Source: a virus
Taxonomy: Duplodnaviria; Caudoviricetes
Reading direction: 5' to 3' (one strand)
Virus record (IMG/VR): IMGVR_UViG_3300011439_000008
Coordinates: 1-39,858 of that record
DNA length: 39,858 nucleotides
This document shows positions 6,976 to 15,804 of this stretch, in pieces (the stretch's first letter is position 1; every line of letters begins with the position of its first letter). The notes under the pieces were generated by a model. The model ran no database searches. It saw nothing but the letters and a program-made list of their open reading frames with translations, and had not been told where the DNA came from. The translations under genes were made by a program, and so were the position numbers.

Positions 6976-8134
6976 CTTTGAACACCTCTTTAATTCGGTT
7001 TACCGCCGGCCGCGTATCATCGTCCGGCACCATGGTGGTGCCACTGGAAACAACGGCACATCGCTTTTCCACCCATTTCTTGCCGGCAAGTTTTTCCATT
7101 TGAGAGGGCGATTTAAGCTTAGATTCGAAAGCATCCGCACCATACGTGAGCGCGGCATACCGCTGCACCACGTGGGGCCGAAGCCACTCGCGCCGGCCGC
7201 GTTTGGCAACGAGTTTGAAACCTGGGATTTTCTTCCCCTTCTCCAATTGGTGATAGGCGAAGTTCCGCACCTCTTGTGCCCAGGTGTCTAGGAGATCCAA
7301 AGCCGTAAGCGTCTTACCTAAAATCTCTGGGTCATTTTGCCAGCCCGTGGGGAATTGGACCGACCCGGTCTTAGGGGCAAATGCCACGCGAGCTTTTTCA
7401 AGCGCTCGCTTGGAAGTCTCCGGGCAAATAAGTTTTGCCGGACACCAATGGCAGTGTGACCCAGAAACAAGGGGGGCGTCTTTTTTGCGAGCCGCTTTAA
7501 TTGCCTCTGAAAACTTTTTTTCCCACGAGAGAAGTTCCTGCATGGGCATCTCCCACGTGCGAATGGGTGTCTCCGGGGCATCGGCCGCACGCGGTTGAAT
7601 GATGGTGAGCCGAGCCACATCAAACGCATAATCATATTGTCGAGCCACGCCGATAGCGTAGGCGATGAGCTGAGGATTTTCTTTCACTTCCACCCAAACA
7701 CCGGCACCATATTTATAATCCATGATGTCCAGTGCGCCGAAGTCTTCAACGATCACGATATCGGCGGTACCGTAAAAATCTTTGTCAATGTGGGTGTTAT
7801 CGGATTTCACTTCAAAGAAGATTTCCCGCCCCTCTTGTTTTTTGCCCTTAACCCGGAACGCATGGTTTAACGCCATCTCCGCGTGTACCACCATCTGCAT
7901 GCCCCACTTCTTCCGGGCTTTATCGGCGGCCTGTAAACGGTTGTCCCACCTCTTCCCTAGATACTCCAAACACGCGTGAGCGGCGGTCCCTTCGGCGGCG
8001 TATTTACTCTCAGCCTGCAAAGGTGCCTTTTTGGATAGCTCGATTGAGCCGGGGCACGCCATGTATCTCTCAGCGCTCGACGGTGCGAAGAGCGCATGAC
8101 TTTTTTCGTCGCTCACGCGTGTTGGATTCTTCAT
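6965..8134 (-). CDS. Cas4-like PD-(D/E)XK exonuclease (DUF2800 type)
   Basis: HALFAPSSAERYMACPGS, GTAD, DYKYG, QLIAYA, HCHWCPAKLICP. Confidence 0.92.
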   Translation of the reverse strand: MKNPTRVSDEKSHALFAPSSAERYMACPGSIELSKKAPLQAESKYAAEGTAAHACLEYLGKRWDNRLQAADKARKKWGMQMVVHAEMALNHAFRVKGKKQEGREIFFEVKSDNTHIDKDFYGTADIVIVEDFGALDIMDYKYGAGVWVEVKENPQLIAYAIGVARQYDYAFDVARLTIIQPRAADAPETPIRTWEMPMQELLSWEKKFSEAIKAARKKDAPLVSGSHCHWCPAKLICPETSKRALEKARVAFAPKTGSVQFPTGWQNDPEILGKTLTALDLLDTWAQEVRNFAYHQLEKGKKIPGFKLVAKRGRREWLRPHVVQRYAALTYGADAFESKLKSPSQMEKLAGKKWVEKRCAVVSSGTTMVPDDDTRPAVNRIKEVFKDVD

Positions 8135-8140
8135 TGCTTT

Positions 8141-8671
8141 TTACTCACTGACTTTCTCAAGCGCGGCTTCATAGTCGTCCGGGCTCAAATCGCGAATCGC
8201 CGACACGCCGAAACTCTTCAAGACCTTGAGCGCCTTCTTACGATCATGTTCCTTGGCGTAAGCTTGAAACGCCTTGGTGAGTTTCGCTATTTGCTTTTCG
8301 GATAAGGCGTCTTTTTTGCCTTTCCCTTTTTTGGGGCCGTCGTCTTCATTTTCGTCATCGCCACTGTCTTCGTCCGATTCTTCGTCTTCATCATCGGCAT
8401 TCTCCTCTTCGTCGTCCGAGTCAGCGTCTCCATCGTCGTCACCGTCGGCGTCGTCTTCGTCGCTAGCTTTCTTGGACTTCTTTTTAGTTTTTTTCGGGGT
8501 CTCTTCCGCTTCGTCTTCATCAGCATCGGTGTCATCGTCTTCAGCTTTGCCACCCTTCAACTCTTTGAGCGCGGCTTTCAAATAGGTGACTTGCACCTCC
8601 AAAGCGCCGAGCGTCTTTTCAAGCGAATTGACGTGCGCGGTGAAGAGCGTTTTTTGTAGTTTCGCGGACAT
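8141..8671 (-). CDS. Replication-module protein with a highly acidic linker
   Basis: N-terminal coiled coil, D/E tract, and C-terminal LKSFGVSAIRDLSPDDY domain of the type found just upstream of DUF2800 genes. Confidence 0.75.
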   Translation of the reverse strand: MSAKLQKTLFTAHVNSLEKTLGALEVQVTYLKAALKELKGGKAEDDDTDADEDEAEETPKKTKKKSKKASDEDDADGDDDGDADSDDEEENADDEDEESDEDSGDDENEDDGPKKGKGKKDALSEKQIAKLTKAFQAYAKEHDRKKALKVLKSFGVSAIRDLSPDDYEAALEKVSE

Positions 8672-8687
8672 GTCGTGTCTCCTGTTT

Positions 8688-10247
8688 CTAAAGCGCCAAC
8701 GTTACCTTTTGCTTTCGCAAATTCGTTTCCATCTTGGCGCGGTCGATGGAATTCTTGAATACGAGATACTGCACCAACACTTCATTCTTTTGGCCACGCC
8801 GATGTGCTCTATCGGATGCCTGCATGTTGTCGCCGGGCACCCAGGAGAATTCAACGAAGATGACCAACTGTGCTTTGGTGAGATTAAAGCCTAAACCACA
8901 CGCTTGAATGTTGCCAACTAAAATCCGGTGGCGCTTTTCTTTTTGAAAGGTCTCGGCAATCTTAAATCGCTCATCCCGTTTGGTGTCGCCCGAAATCACA
9001 AGCGGCCGATACTTCCGAAGCCCGTTAACCAACAACTTCACCACGTCACGGTGATGAGCAAATACGATGGCGCTATCCACCGACTCCATACAGTCCCGGA
9101 TGTACTTTAGCGCGGGGTTTACCTTCACCATGCCTAGCTCCCGCAGATAGGTGGAAATCTGATCATCTTTGCCGGGGTCGCGCTCCAACTTCTCCGGTGA
9201 CAGCTCGCGGAGGATTTTCGCGTCAAGCTTTGCCACCTTAGCCGGTAAGTTTTCACCGATGATCACGATTTCTTCCGTCTTCGGGGGTAAACCCAAATGA
9301 CTCTTGTCCACCGAGAGCATGAAATTTTTCTGGACGTTCTTTTTCAGTTCATCAAAATTGCTTTCACCCGTGTAATCCCATGCCCATCGTCCGCCGTAGG
9401 TTTCCACTTTTCGTGGGTCACAGTACCGATGCGCAAACGCGTGGAAATCTCTGAAACCGATTGTCTCCGGAGCTAACCGTTTCAACATCGGATACAGTTC
9501 CATCGGGCGATTGGGCATGGGCGAGCCGGACATTAAAATGGTACGGGGGAAAAATCGGGTTAACGCTTTCTCGCCGAGCAACGCCAGTGTGCGTTTTGCT
9601 TCGGGGCTTTTGTACCGATGCGCTTCATCGATAATTACCGTTGAAGCCAATCGGTCACGTCGCAAAGATTGAAACAGGTGATAGGTCTCGGCGCGAATTA
9701 AAAAAGAATCCGGTACAAGGAAAATGTCATAGGCCAACCGAATGTCACTGGAAATGGATTTGCCGTTACACACGTAAATTCTTTTGTCCGGGCACCACTT
9801 GTTCAATTCATTTAAAACGTTCAAACACAATCCCGGCGGGGCCACGTAGACAACGCTTTTATCCCCTTTGGCGTGGATAGCATTAATGATGAGGGCCGCG
9901 ACAATGGTTTTGCCCACGCCCGGCCGACCGGCAAGGTAAGAGCGGTTTCGATCCAACGCCCACCTGGCCATGGTGAGTTGTTTCTTATCCGGTGACAAAT
10001 TCTTTGGGTAAGGGATGCGGCCCGTCCAGGGCGTCACCGAAATCATCACGCGGTTGATTTCTCTTTTCGCGGTAGAATCAGCGTAGTCGCGCAGACGGGC
10101 CGCAACCGGGTAAGAAGGAGTGAAAAGCACTCCGTCTAGATCTCGGTGCCAACCGCCGAAGAGCATCTCCAAAGGAAGAGGCGTACCTCGGGATCTATTA
10201 AAAATGAAATATTTGCCGTTAAAGGTTAACTGCATTTCAGCCCACAC
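8688..10247 (-). CDS. SNF2/HARP-like superfamily 2 helicase
   Basis: GRPGVGKT, IIDEAH, SGSPMPNRP, GLGFNLT, QASDRAHRRGQ. Alternative ATG at 10235. Confidence 0.93.
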   Translation of the reverse strand: MWAEMQLTFNGKYFIFNRSRGTPLPLEMLFGGWHRDLDGVLFTPSYPVAARLRDYADSTAKREINRVMISVTPWTGRIPYPKNLSPDKKQLTMARWALDRNRSYLAGRPGVGKTIVAALIINAIHAKGDKSVVYVAPPGLCLNVLNELNKWCPDKRIYVCNGKSISSDIRLAYDIFLVPDSFLIRAETYHLFQSLRRDRLASTVIIDEAHRYKSPEAKRTLALLGEKALTRFFPRTILMSGSPMPNRPMELYPMLKRLAPETIGFRDFHAFAHRYCDPRKVETYGGRWAWDYTGESNFDELKKNVQKNFMLSVDKSHLGLPPKTEEIVIIGENLPAKVAKLDAKILRELSPEKLERDPGKDDQISTYLRELGMVKVNPALKYIRDCMESVDSAIVFAHHRDVVKLLVNGLRKYRPLVISGDTKRDERFKIAETFQKEKRHRILVGNIQACGLGFNLTKAQLVIFVEFSWVPGDNMQASDRAHRRGQKNEVLVQYLVFKNSIDRAKMETNLRKQKVTLAL

Positions 10248-10264
10248 ACTCGGTTAGTTCTTTA

Positions 10265-10293
10265 GGCGTACTTGCAGGTTGCACGATTGTCAA
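10265..10293 (-). promoter_or_regulatory. Candidate leftward promoter in the divergent region
   Basis: Perfect TTGACA (10288-10293, minus strand), N17, then a weak -10 (TACGCC). Confidence 0.4.
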
Positions 10294-10330
10294 GCTCTTG
10301 GTAATGAAAAATGAAAAGGAGAAATGAAGT

Positions 10331-10702
10331 ATGCGTCTTTCCCATTGGATCAAAGAACAAGGTGGCACGGCAAAGGTCGGCCAGCTCCTCGATATCAAGC
10401 GTAACGCCGTCTATGCCTGGCTCGCGGGCACCGCCATCCCACGCCCCATCACCATGCAAAAGCTTGTGGTGAAGTCCAAGGGCAAGGTGACCTATGACGA
10501 TATCATCAACGAGTATAAGGCGAACCTTGCCCGACGCAAGGAAAAGCGTGCCGCCGCTCGCCCGGCCAAGGGTGCCAAAAAACCCAAAGTCAAAAACCCT
10601 GCGCCGGCCAAGACACCGAAGACGGTGGCGAAACCCGCGAAGCTGAAATCGTCCAAGCCTGCGAAAGCTGCAAAAAAGAAAAAGGTTGACCCAGGCTTCT
10701 AA
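10331..10702 (+). CDS. Cro-like HTH protein with a Lys/Ala/Pro-rich tail
   Basis: LSHWIKEQGGTAKVGQLLDIKRNAVYAWLAGTAIPRP...SKGKVT; first gene of the rightward arm. Confidence 0.8.
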   Translation: MRLSHWIKEQGGTAKVGQLLDIKRNAVYAWLAGTAIPRPITMQKLVVKSKGKVTYDDIINEYKANLARRKEKRAAARPAKGAKKPKVKNPAPAKTPKTVAKPAKLKSSKPAKAAKKKKVDPGF

Positions 10703-10756
10703 TCCCGTTCATTCTTTTTGTTCACGTCTTAACTCTCTTGTGTGGGGGAACTCTCA

Positions 10757-12994
10757 ATGTTGAAAGAGGGCAAACGCCTTCATGGGCTCGGCTTCGCCAT
10801 TCATTGGTTGAAAGCCAACTCGAAGATGCCGGTTGAAAGCGGTTGGACAACGGGTGAACGAAAAGAGTGGGGTTATCTCAAAGACCACTACCGTTACGGC
10901 CTTAACATGGGTGTCCGTCTTGGAAAGCCAACGCGCTTCCCGGACGGCACCCATTTGGCTGTCATCGACTGCGACGTTAAAAGTGAAAAGTACCGATCCG
11001 AGATGGAAGAGAAACTGGCGGAACTGGGCATCACTCACGCCCCGCAAGTTTCCAGCGGCCGGGGCAACGGATCTCGCCACCTCTATGTGCGCACGGCAAA
11101 ACCCGTGGAACCGTATCGCTATTCGCAAAGCGGTAAAAAGGTTCGCGTCTCGATGCCGTCTTCCGCACCGTCTCGCCAAGAAAAAGAAACTTTATCGGAA
11201 GCAGATTTAAAACAAGGCATCCGCCTTCGTTACGCCTGGGAAATCTCCGTCATGGGCACAGGCCAACAGGTGGTCTTACCGCCCTCGATTCACCCGGACA
11301 CGGGCAACACCTATGAATGGGTGAAGCCCCTGGACGCCTGGGAAGAAATCCCCTTGGTGAAATTAAGCGGCGCTACCGAAAAGCGTGACCGCCCCTGGGA
11401 AGAGTTTGAAGACAAAGCCAGCATCTTTACACCCGTACCGATTGATTACCTTTCGTTACGTATCCCGGATGAAATGGTAGATTTGATTTTATCAGGTGTG
11501 GGATGCCAAGACCGAAGCGCGTCGCTTTATAAAATCACCATCGCTCTTCTTAAGCATCGTTATTCGGATGATGAAATCCTTTCCATTCTTACAGACCGCG
11601 AAACGTACCTGGGCGAGACCGCTTTTGATCACGGGCACACACAATCGCGCGCTCGCGCCGCACAGTGGGTGAAGAAATACACGCTCGCACGCGCCAAGCG
11701 CGAGACGGCCGCAAGTCTTGCGTTCAAGGAAAATGTGGTTGAAGAGCGCCTGGACGACGTGGCGGCCGAAAAACAAGCGAGGGCACTTTTACCGCAAGAC
11801 TGGAAGGATAAGCTAGAGCGCTCTAGTGAACAAATGGGCGGAAAGCCCAAGCCCACGTTTGAAAACATCCGCCTGATTCTGCAAGGCGTGAGCGGTGTGG
11901 ATGTGTTCAAATACGATGACTTCACCTTCACCATCTATTGCGGGCACGACACACCTTGGGGCGGGAAGGCCAAAAAGGAGTTGGCCGAAATCGATTTGGT
12001 GCTCATCAAGAGTTGGCTTGCGAAAGATTATCGCATGGAACCTTCGATCAATTTAATTCTGGAAGTGGTCCAGAAAATCGCGCATCAAAATCGCTACCAC
12101 CCGATCCGTGACTACCTCAAGCGCTTGTCTTGGGATGGCACTGAACGGCTTGACAACTGGCTTACGGATTACATGGGAGCAAAAGGGCCGAAGGAGTATG
12201 TCCAAGCCATCGGGCGAAAGACACTCGTTGCAATGGTGGCCCGCGTGATGCGTCCGGGTTGTAAGTTTGATCACATTCTAATTTTGGAAGGTAAGCAGGG
12301 GTGTGGGAAATCCACCGCTGTACGGACTTTGGCCGAGCCATGGTTTTCAGATGCCTACATCAACGTGGGTGACAAAGACGCAGTGCTAGCGATGCGCTTG
12401 GCGTGGGTCATGGAAATAGGTGAACTCTCTTCGATGAACCGAGCGGACCTAGACATGATGAAACAGTTTACGTCTCAGGCGGTCGATCGTATCCGCGTTC
12501 CTTACGGGCGAGTGGCTGAAAGCTTTCCCCGCCAATCCATTTTCATTGGGACAACGAATTCTTCGGAGTACCTCAAGGATACCACAGGGAACCGCCGGTT
12601 TTGGCCGGTCCAGGTGAAGCAATGTCGGTTTGATGAGCTGGCCAGAGACCGCGATCAACTTCTAGCGGAAGCCCTCGCGGCGTACAGCCTTGGGGAACCT
12701 TTGTTTCTTGAACAACGTTCGGTGGAAGAGATTGCAAGCATTGAGCAAAATAAACGGCTCTTTGTGGATGAGTGGGTGTCCATTTTGGATGAATTCCTAC
12801 AGAAACCCAATGAAAACTTTCCGAAGGAATTTACCATTGGTGACTTGTTCGGGGGCAATGGGCCATTCCCCAATTCCAGGTGTGAACGTAAAGACCAAAT
12901 GCGTGCGGGAGACTGTTTACGTCTCCTCAACTACACCAAGCGGAAAATGCGCGTAGGTAACATCTACAAAAACGTGTGGGTTAAAATTGGGTAA
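10757..12994 (+). CDS. Bifunctional primase-polymerase fused to a VirE/VapE-like helicase
   Basis: NMGVRLG, VIDCD, GSRHLY, VVLPPSIHPDTG, Walker A EGKQGCGKST, GTTN, DTTGNRRFWPV. ATG at 10757 follows GGGGG. Confidence 0.93.
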   Translation: MLKEGKRLHGLGFAIHWLKANSKMPVESGWTTGERKEWGYLKDHYRYGLNMGVRLGKPTRFPDGTHLAVIDCDVKSEKYRSEMEEKLAELGITHAPQVSSGRGNGSRHLYVRTAKPVEPYRYSQSGKKVRVSMPSSAPSRQEKETLSEADLKQGIRLRYAWEISVMGTGQQVVLPPSIHPDTGNTYEWVKPLDAWEEIPLVKLSGATEKRDRPWEEFEDKASIFTPVPIDYLSLRIPDEMVDLILSGVGCQDRSASLYKITIALLKHRYSDDEILSILTDRETYLGETAFDHGHTQSRARAAQWVKKYTLARAKRETAASLAFKENVVEERLDDVAAEKQARALLPQDWKDKLERSSEQMGGKPKPTFENIRLILQGVSGVDVFKYDDFTFTIYCGHDTPWGGKAKKELAEIDLVLIKSWLAKDYRMEPSINLILEVVQKIAHQNRYHPIRDYLKRLSWDGTERLDNWLTDYMGAKGPKEYVQAIGRKTLVAMVARVMRPGCKFDHILILEGKQGCGKSTAVRTLAEPWFSDAYINVGDKDAVLAMRLAWVMEIGELSSMNRADLDMMKQFTSQAVDRIRVPYGRVAESFPRQSIFIGTTNSSEYLKDTTGNRRFWPVQVKQCRFDELARDRDQLLAEALAAYSLGEPLFLEQRSVEEIASIEQNKRLFVDEWVSILDEFLQKPNENFPKEFTIGDLFGGNGPFPNSRCERKDQMRAGDCLRLLNYTKRKMRVGNIYKNVWVKIG

Positions 12995-13013
12995 CGGGGC
13001 AAAAACGTCAATT

Positions 13014-13227
13014 TGTGGATACCTGGGGATACCTAAAGGATACCTTTTGAGCCGAGGTATCCACACTTTTTACCCCACCACGTATAGGGAGATTTGCCAC
13101 AATTTTGCGTTTTGTGGATACCGTGGATACCTATCTAGTTATAAATATAGCAATGTTACTGACAACGTGCGCGCGCGCGAGGCTTTTATATATAGTTTTG
13201 GCGAAACAGGTATCCAAGGTATCCACA
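13014..13227. repeat. Iteron array and putative replication origin
   Basis: GGATACC at 13017, 13027, 13038, 13116, 13125 and the inverted GGTATCC at 13056, 13209, 13218, around an AT-rich core with a (GC)n run. Confidence 0.75.
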
Positions 13228-13240
13228 AGGGGAACAAAAA

Positions 13241-13579
13241 ATGATTTTTGGGGAAGAGGCACAAAACATGTGGTGTGGACAAGTCATTGTGGTGGTTGCG
13301 TACAATTGGCAAGACTTCGCCGAATTTGTTGAAGCGCGAGAATTGGGAAAAGGCGAGATTCGATTTAAGCGAGCGTCCAGATATGCGTGGGTAAAAACGA
13401 AAGTACGGCTCGACAAATATATTTGGTGTCGCGAGCCCAGACACGTGCGGGGGATTAAAATCAAAGAGGCGCATTTTTTGGCGGGCTACCACTTGCTTGA
13501 TCGGCATCAAGAGCTAAGGGATACAATTAATTTTAGCATGCATCGGGGGAAGCATGGCCAAGCGAAAGAGAAAGCCTAA
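13241..13579 (+). CDS. Hypothetical protein
   Basis: Preceded by AAGGGGA; 112 aa. Confidence 0.55.
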   Translation: MIFGEEAQNMWCGQVIVVVAYNWQDFAEFVEARELGKGEIRFKRASRYAWVKTKVRLDKYIWCREPRHVRGIKIKEAHFLAGYHLLDRHQELRDTINFSMHRGKHGQAKEKA

Positions 13580-13916
13580 GAAAGTAAAAATCGATGGGTT
13601 GGGTCCGGATGATTTGAAACGGATTCACAACGCCGTAAGACAGGTATGGCAATGGAGCTATCCGTGGCGTTTGGCAAAAGCACGTGCGATCGGGAAAGAC
13701 GGTTTCCCCCGATGCGAGAAGTGCAAAAAGAAAGTGCCCAAGATTTTTGTGGATCACATCCACTCGGTCGGGAAAGTGGGCGGACCCAAATATATACAAC
13801 GGATGTTTATTCCGTCGGCCAGGCTCCAATCGCTTTGCAAAAAATGCCACGATGCGAAAACTAAAATCGATCGGGCGGCTCAAGAGTGGGAAGAGGCTTT
13901 TGGGGGTGCGGAATGA
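13554..13916 (+). CDS. HNH endonuclease-like protein (T7 gp5.3-like pattern)
   Basis: RCEKCK...VDHIHSV...LQSLCKKCHDAKT. Confidence 0.8.
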   Translation: MAKRKRKPKKVKIDGLGPDDLKRIHNAVRQVWQWSYPWRLAKARAIGKDGFPRCEKCKKKVPKIFVDHIHSVGKVGGPKYIQRMFIPSARLQSLCKKCHDAKTKIDRAAQEWEEAFGGAE

Positions 13917-14089
13917 AAACGGGTCCGCGCAAACCGCAATTGAAGCCTGGGCAACAGACTTGGCCTAGGACATGTCTTCACTGTAGCGCTAAGTTCAAGG
14001 CTCCTACGCCCTTCTTTCGCCTATGCCCATGGTGCCGTCGGTACTACGCTTACGTAGGGAGTTTTATCAATTCCGCATCTTTGGGTTGA
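13913..14089 (+). CDS. Small zinc-finger protein
   Basis: RTCLHCSAKF...RLCPWC; ATGA overlap. Confidence 0.6.
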   Translation: MKTGPRKPQLKPGQQTWPRTCLHCSAKFKAPTPFFRLCPWCRRYYAYVGSFINSASLG

Positions 14090-14166
14090 CAGCGTTGCAC
14101 TTTGCATGCTTTGCTAGAGTCAACTGAAAACTTCCGCCGCACCGACTAGGGGAGAAAAAAGGGGCA

Positions 14167-14841
14167 ATGGCAAAAAAGGGCGCTCAAGGGCGAAATTCTG
14201 TTGACAGTGACGTAAGCGAATCAAGTTCCAAAAACCAAGACAACGAAATCATGTCGGCCGATCCGGGGCCGGCGTCTCTTCCGTCCACACCACGTGTCGC
14301 GGCGGCCAAAGGGGGCGCGAGCGGAGGTATTGTGGGGTCCGAACCTACCGCTCGCGTCTTCAAGGGCTCGCAAGAGCTTCCACACGATTTGTTTAAACTC
14401 AAAGTGGCATCGATGAAACGAAACGTGAGCTACACCGACGTTCCGATTATCGATCACATCGAGCACGTGCACATTTTCCACACGATTGATTCGAGTGGGA
14501 AACGTCAAACGGAAAGCACCCCGGTAGGCGGACACTTTCATCAAATCGAAGTCCATCACAACGCCATGGGCGTGCCCCATTTGGTGGTGGGTCCGGCGAT
14601 GAAGTGGGTGAAAAAGCGAGTGAAGGGGCAACGTAAAGCGAAGCGTGTGGCCGTGCCAGTGCGTTGGCAAATCGGGGAAGACGAATGGGAGACGGACAAT
14701 CACACGCATCAATCGGAGTACTTGGGCTCCGAGATGATCCACCTGCGCAAGTCCAACCCGGAAGCTGCGAAAGCGGAGACCGCGATTCGCATGAAGATGG
14801 AACCACCGCCCGTTGAAGGCGTGATGACGGGAAGGAAGTAA
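14167..14841 (+). CDS. Protein with repeated HxH motifs (YmaF-like pattern)
   Basis: EHVHIFH, GGHFHQI, DNHTHQ. Confidence 0.6.
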   Translation: MAKKGAQGRNSVDSDVSESSSKNQDNEIMSADPGPASLPSTPRVAAAKGGASGGIVGSEPTARVFKGSQELPHDLFKLKVASMKRNVSYTDVPIIDHIEHVHIFHTIDSSGKRQTESTPVGGHFHQIEVHHNAMGVPHLVVGPAMKWVKKRVKGQRKAKRVAVPVRWQIGEDEWETDNHTHQSEYLGSEMIHLRKSNPEAAKAETAIRMKMEPPPVEGVMTGRK

Positions 14842-14842
14842 C

Positions 14843-15286
14843 ATGTCGGAGATTCGTCGGCTTGTCAGAAAGATTTACCAAGAGGTGATTGAGAAAGATC
14901 CTCGCGTGCCGGCGAATCTCCGCTCCATGTTGAAATCGCATGAGCGCATTCCGAGATTCATCGACAATGTGTCCATGCAAATTGAAAAGTTTCGGCCCAA
15001 TACAAAGCGGGAAACCGTGGAACGTATTGTGCGGGAAATGACGTTGCTCTTTGTTTCCACCGCAAAACAAAAAGCCGAAGAAAACGCGATGAGCCCAATC
15101 AATAAGACGTTGCTTCGGATGAAACAAGACGCCCAGCGAAGGCTAGATGCTGCCGCTGAGGCCGTCAATGCGGGGGAAACGTCCTATGTCGCGACTGACG
15201 ACAAAGGCAATGAAACGGAAAAAGGCGTCACAAAAATCGCCGGTAAAAAAGCCGACGACGCCATTGAAGAGTACCTCGAAAGCTAA
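14843..15286 (+). CDS. Hypothetical helical protein
   Basis: 147-aa ORF that tiles the operon. Confidence 0.6.
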   Translation: MSEIRRLVRKIYQEVIEKDPRVPANLRSMLKSHERIPRFIDNVSMQIEKFRPNTKRETVERIVREMTLLFVSTAKQKAEENAMSPINKTLLRMKQDAQRRLDAAAEAVNAGETSYVATDDKGNETEKGVTKIAGKKADDAIEEYLES

Positions 15287-15650
15287 GAGGGCAAGCGGGT
15301 ACGTTCGCGGCCGTCCCACCAAATACGATCCAAAGTACTGCGAAGAGATCGTTGAGTTTTCAAAGAAAATGAACGGCACGTTTACAGCGTTCGCTTGCCA
15401 CTTAGGTGTTGCGGTCGATACGTTGAACGAGTGGGCTCGCGTTCACAAAGATTTTTCCGTCGCTAAAAAGATAGCAAAACAGAATCAGGAAAAAGTTTGG
15501 TTTGAACTCGGGACGAAGGGTGTGCAGAATAAAATCCCGTTTTTCGGCCATTCTACTTACATTTTCATGAGCAAAGCTAAGTTCGGGTGGAACGAGCAAG
15601 GTCCAGATGAACAAGAGGACGACACGGATTTAGAGTTTGATCTTTCTTAA
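15210..15650 (+). CDS. terS: Terminase small subunit
   Basis: GRPTKYDPKYCEEI...LGVAVDTLNEWARVHKDFS HTH typical of TerS; upstream of TerL. Start is uncertain (15147-15210). Confidence 0.8.
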   Translation: MKRKKASQKSPVKKPTTPLKSTSKAKRASGYVRGRPTKYDPKYCEEIVEFSKKMNGTFTAFACHLGVAVDTLNEWARVHKDFSVAKKIAKQNQEKVWFELGTKGVQNKIPFFGHSTYIFMSKAKFGWNEQGPDEQEDDTDLEFDLS

Positions 15651-15663
15651 ACAGGGGGCATGT

Positions 15664-15804
15664 ATGGACGGCCGGCATCTCGAAGCATTTTTCAAATTCA
15701 TTTTGGTGTTGGGGTTGTTGGTTGCGGTTTCCACGGGGGCCATCGGCTATTCATGCGGCAAAGATAATCGAGCCGAGCAAGAAACCGAATTGGGCGACGT
15801 ATGA
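15664..15804 (+). CDS. 46-aa single-TM peptide not in the ORF track
   Basis: MDGRHLEAFFKFILVLGLLVAVSTGAIGYSCGKDNRAEQETELGDV*. Preceded by AGGGGG; ATGA overlap with the next gene. Confidence 0.65.
   Translation: MDGRHLEAFFKFILVLGLLVAVSTGAIGYSCGKDNRAEQETELGDV

Noticed and set aside
6965-8134. Cas4-like nuclease as part of a CRISPR system
   Set aside because: No array or other cas genes are present. This nuclease is a standard part of the replication module.
10220-10235. MQLTF at the helicase N-terminus as a clamp-binding motif
   Set aside because: It is only a partial match and lies in a likely beta-strand; it could easily be chance.
13014-13227. GGATACC repeats as a CRISPR array
   Set aside because: The units are 7-10 bp, in both orientations, with irregular spacing. 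This fits iterons.
12987-13510. ORFs 12987-13244, 13105-13332, 13139-13510 and 13186-13464
   Set aside because: They translate the origin repeats or lie antisense to a better gene, and have no recognisable motifs.
14086-14120. Sigma70 or sigma54 late promoter
   Set aside because: TTGACA has no correctly spaced -10, and TTGCAC lacks the invariant GG of sigma54 sites. A promoter is plausible here but I cannot define it.
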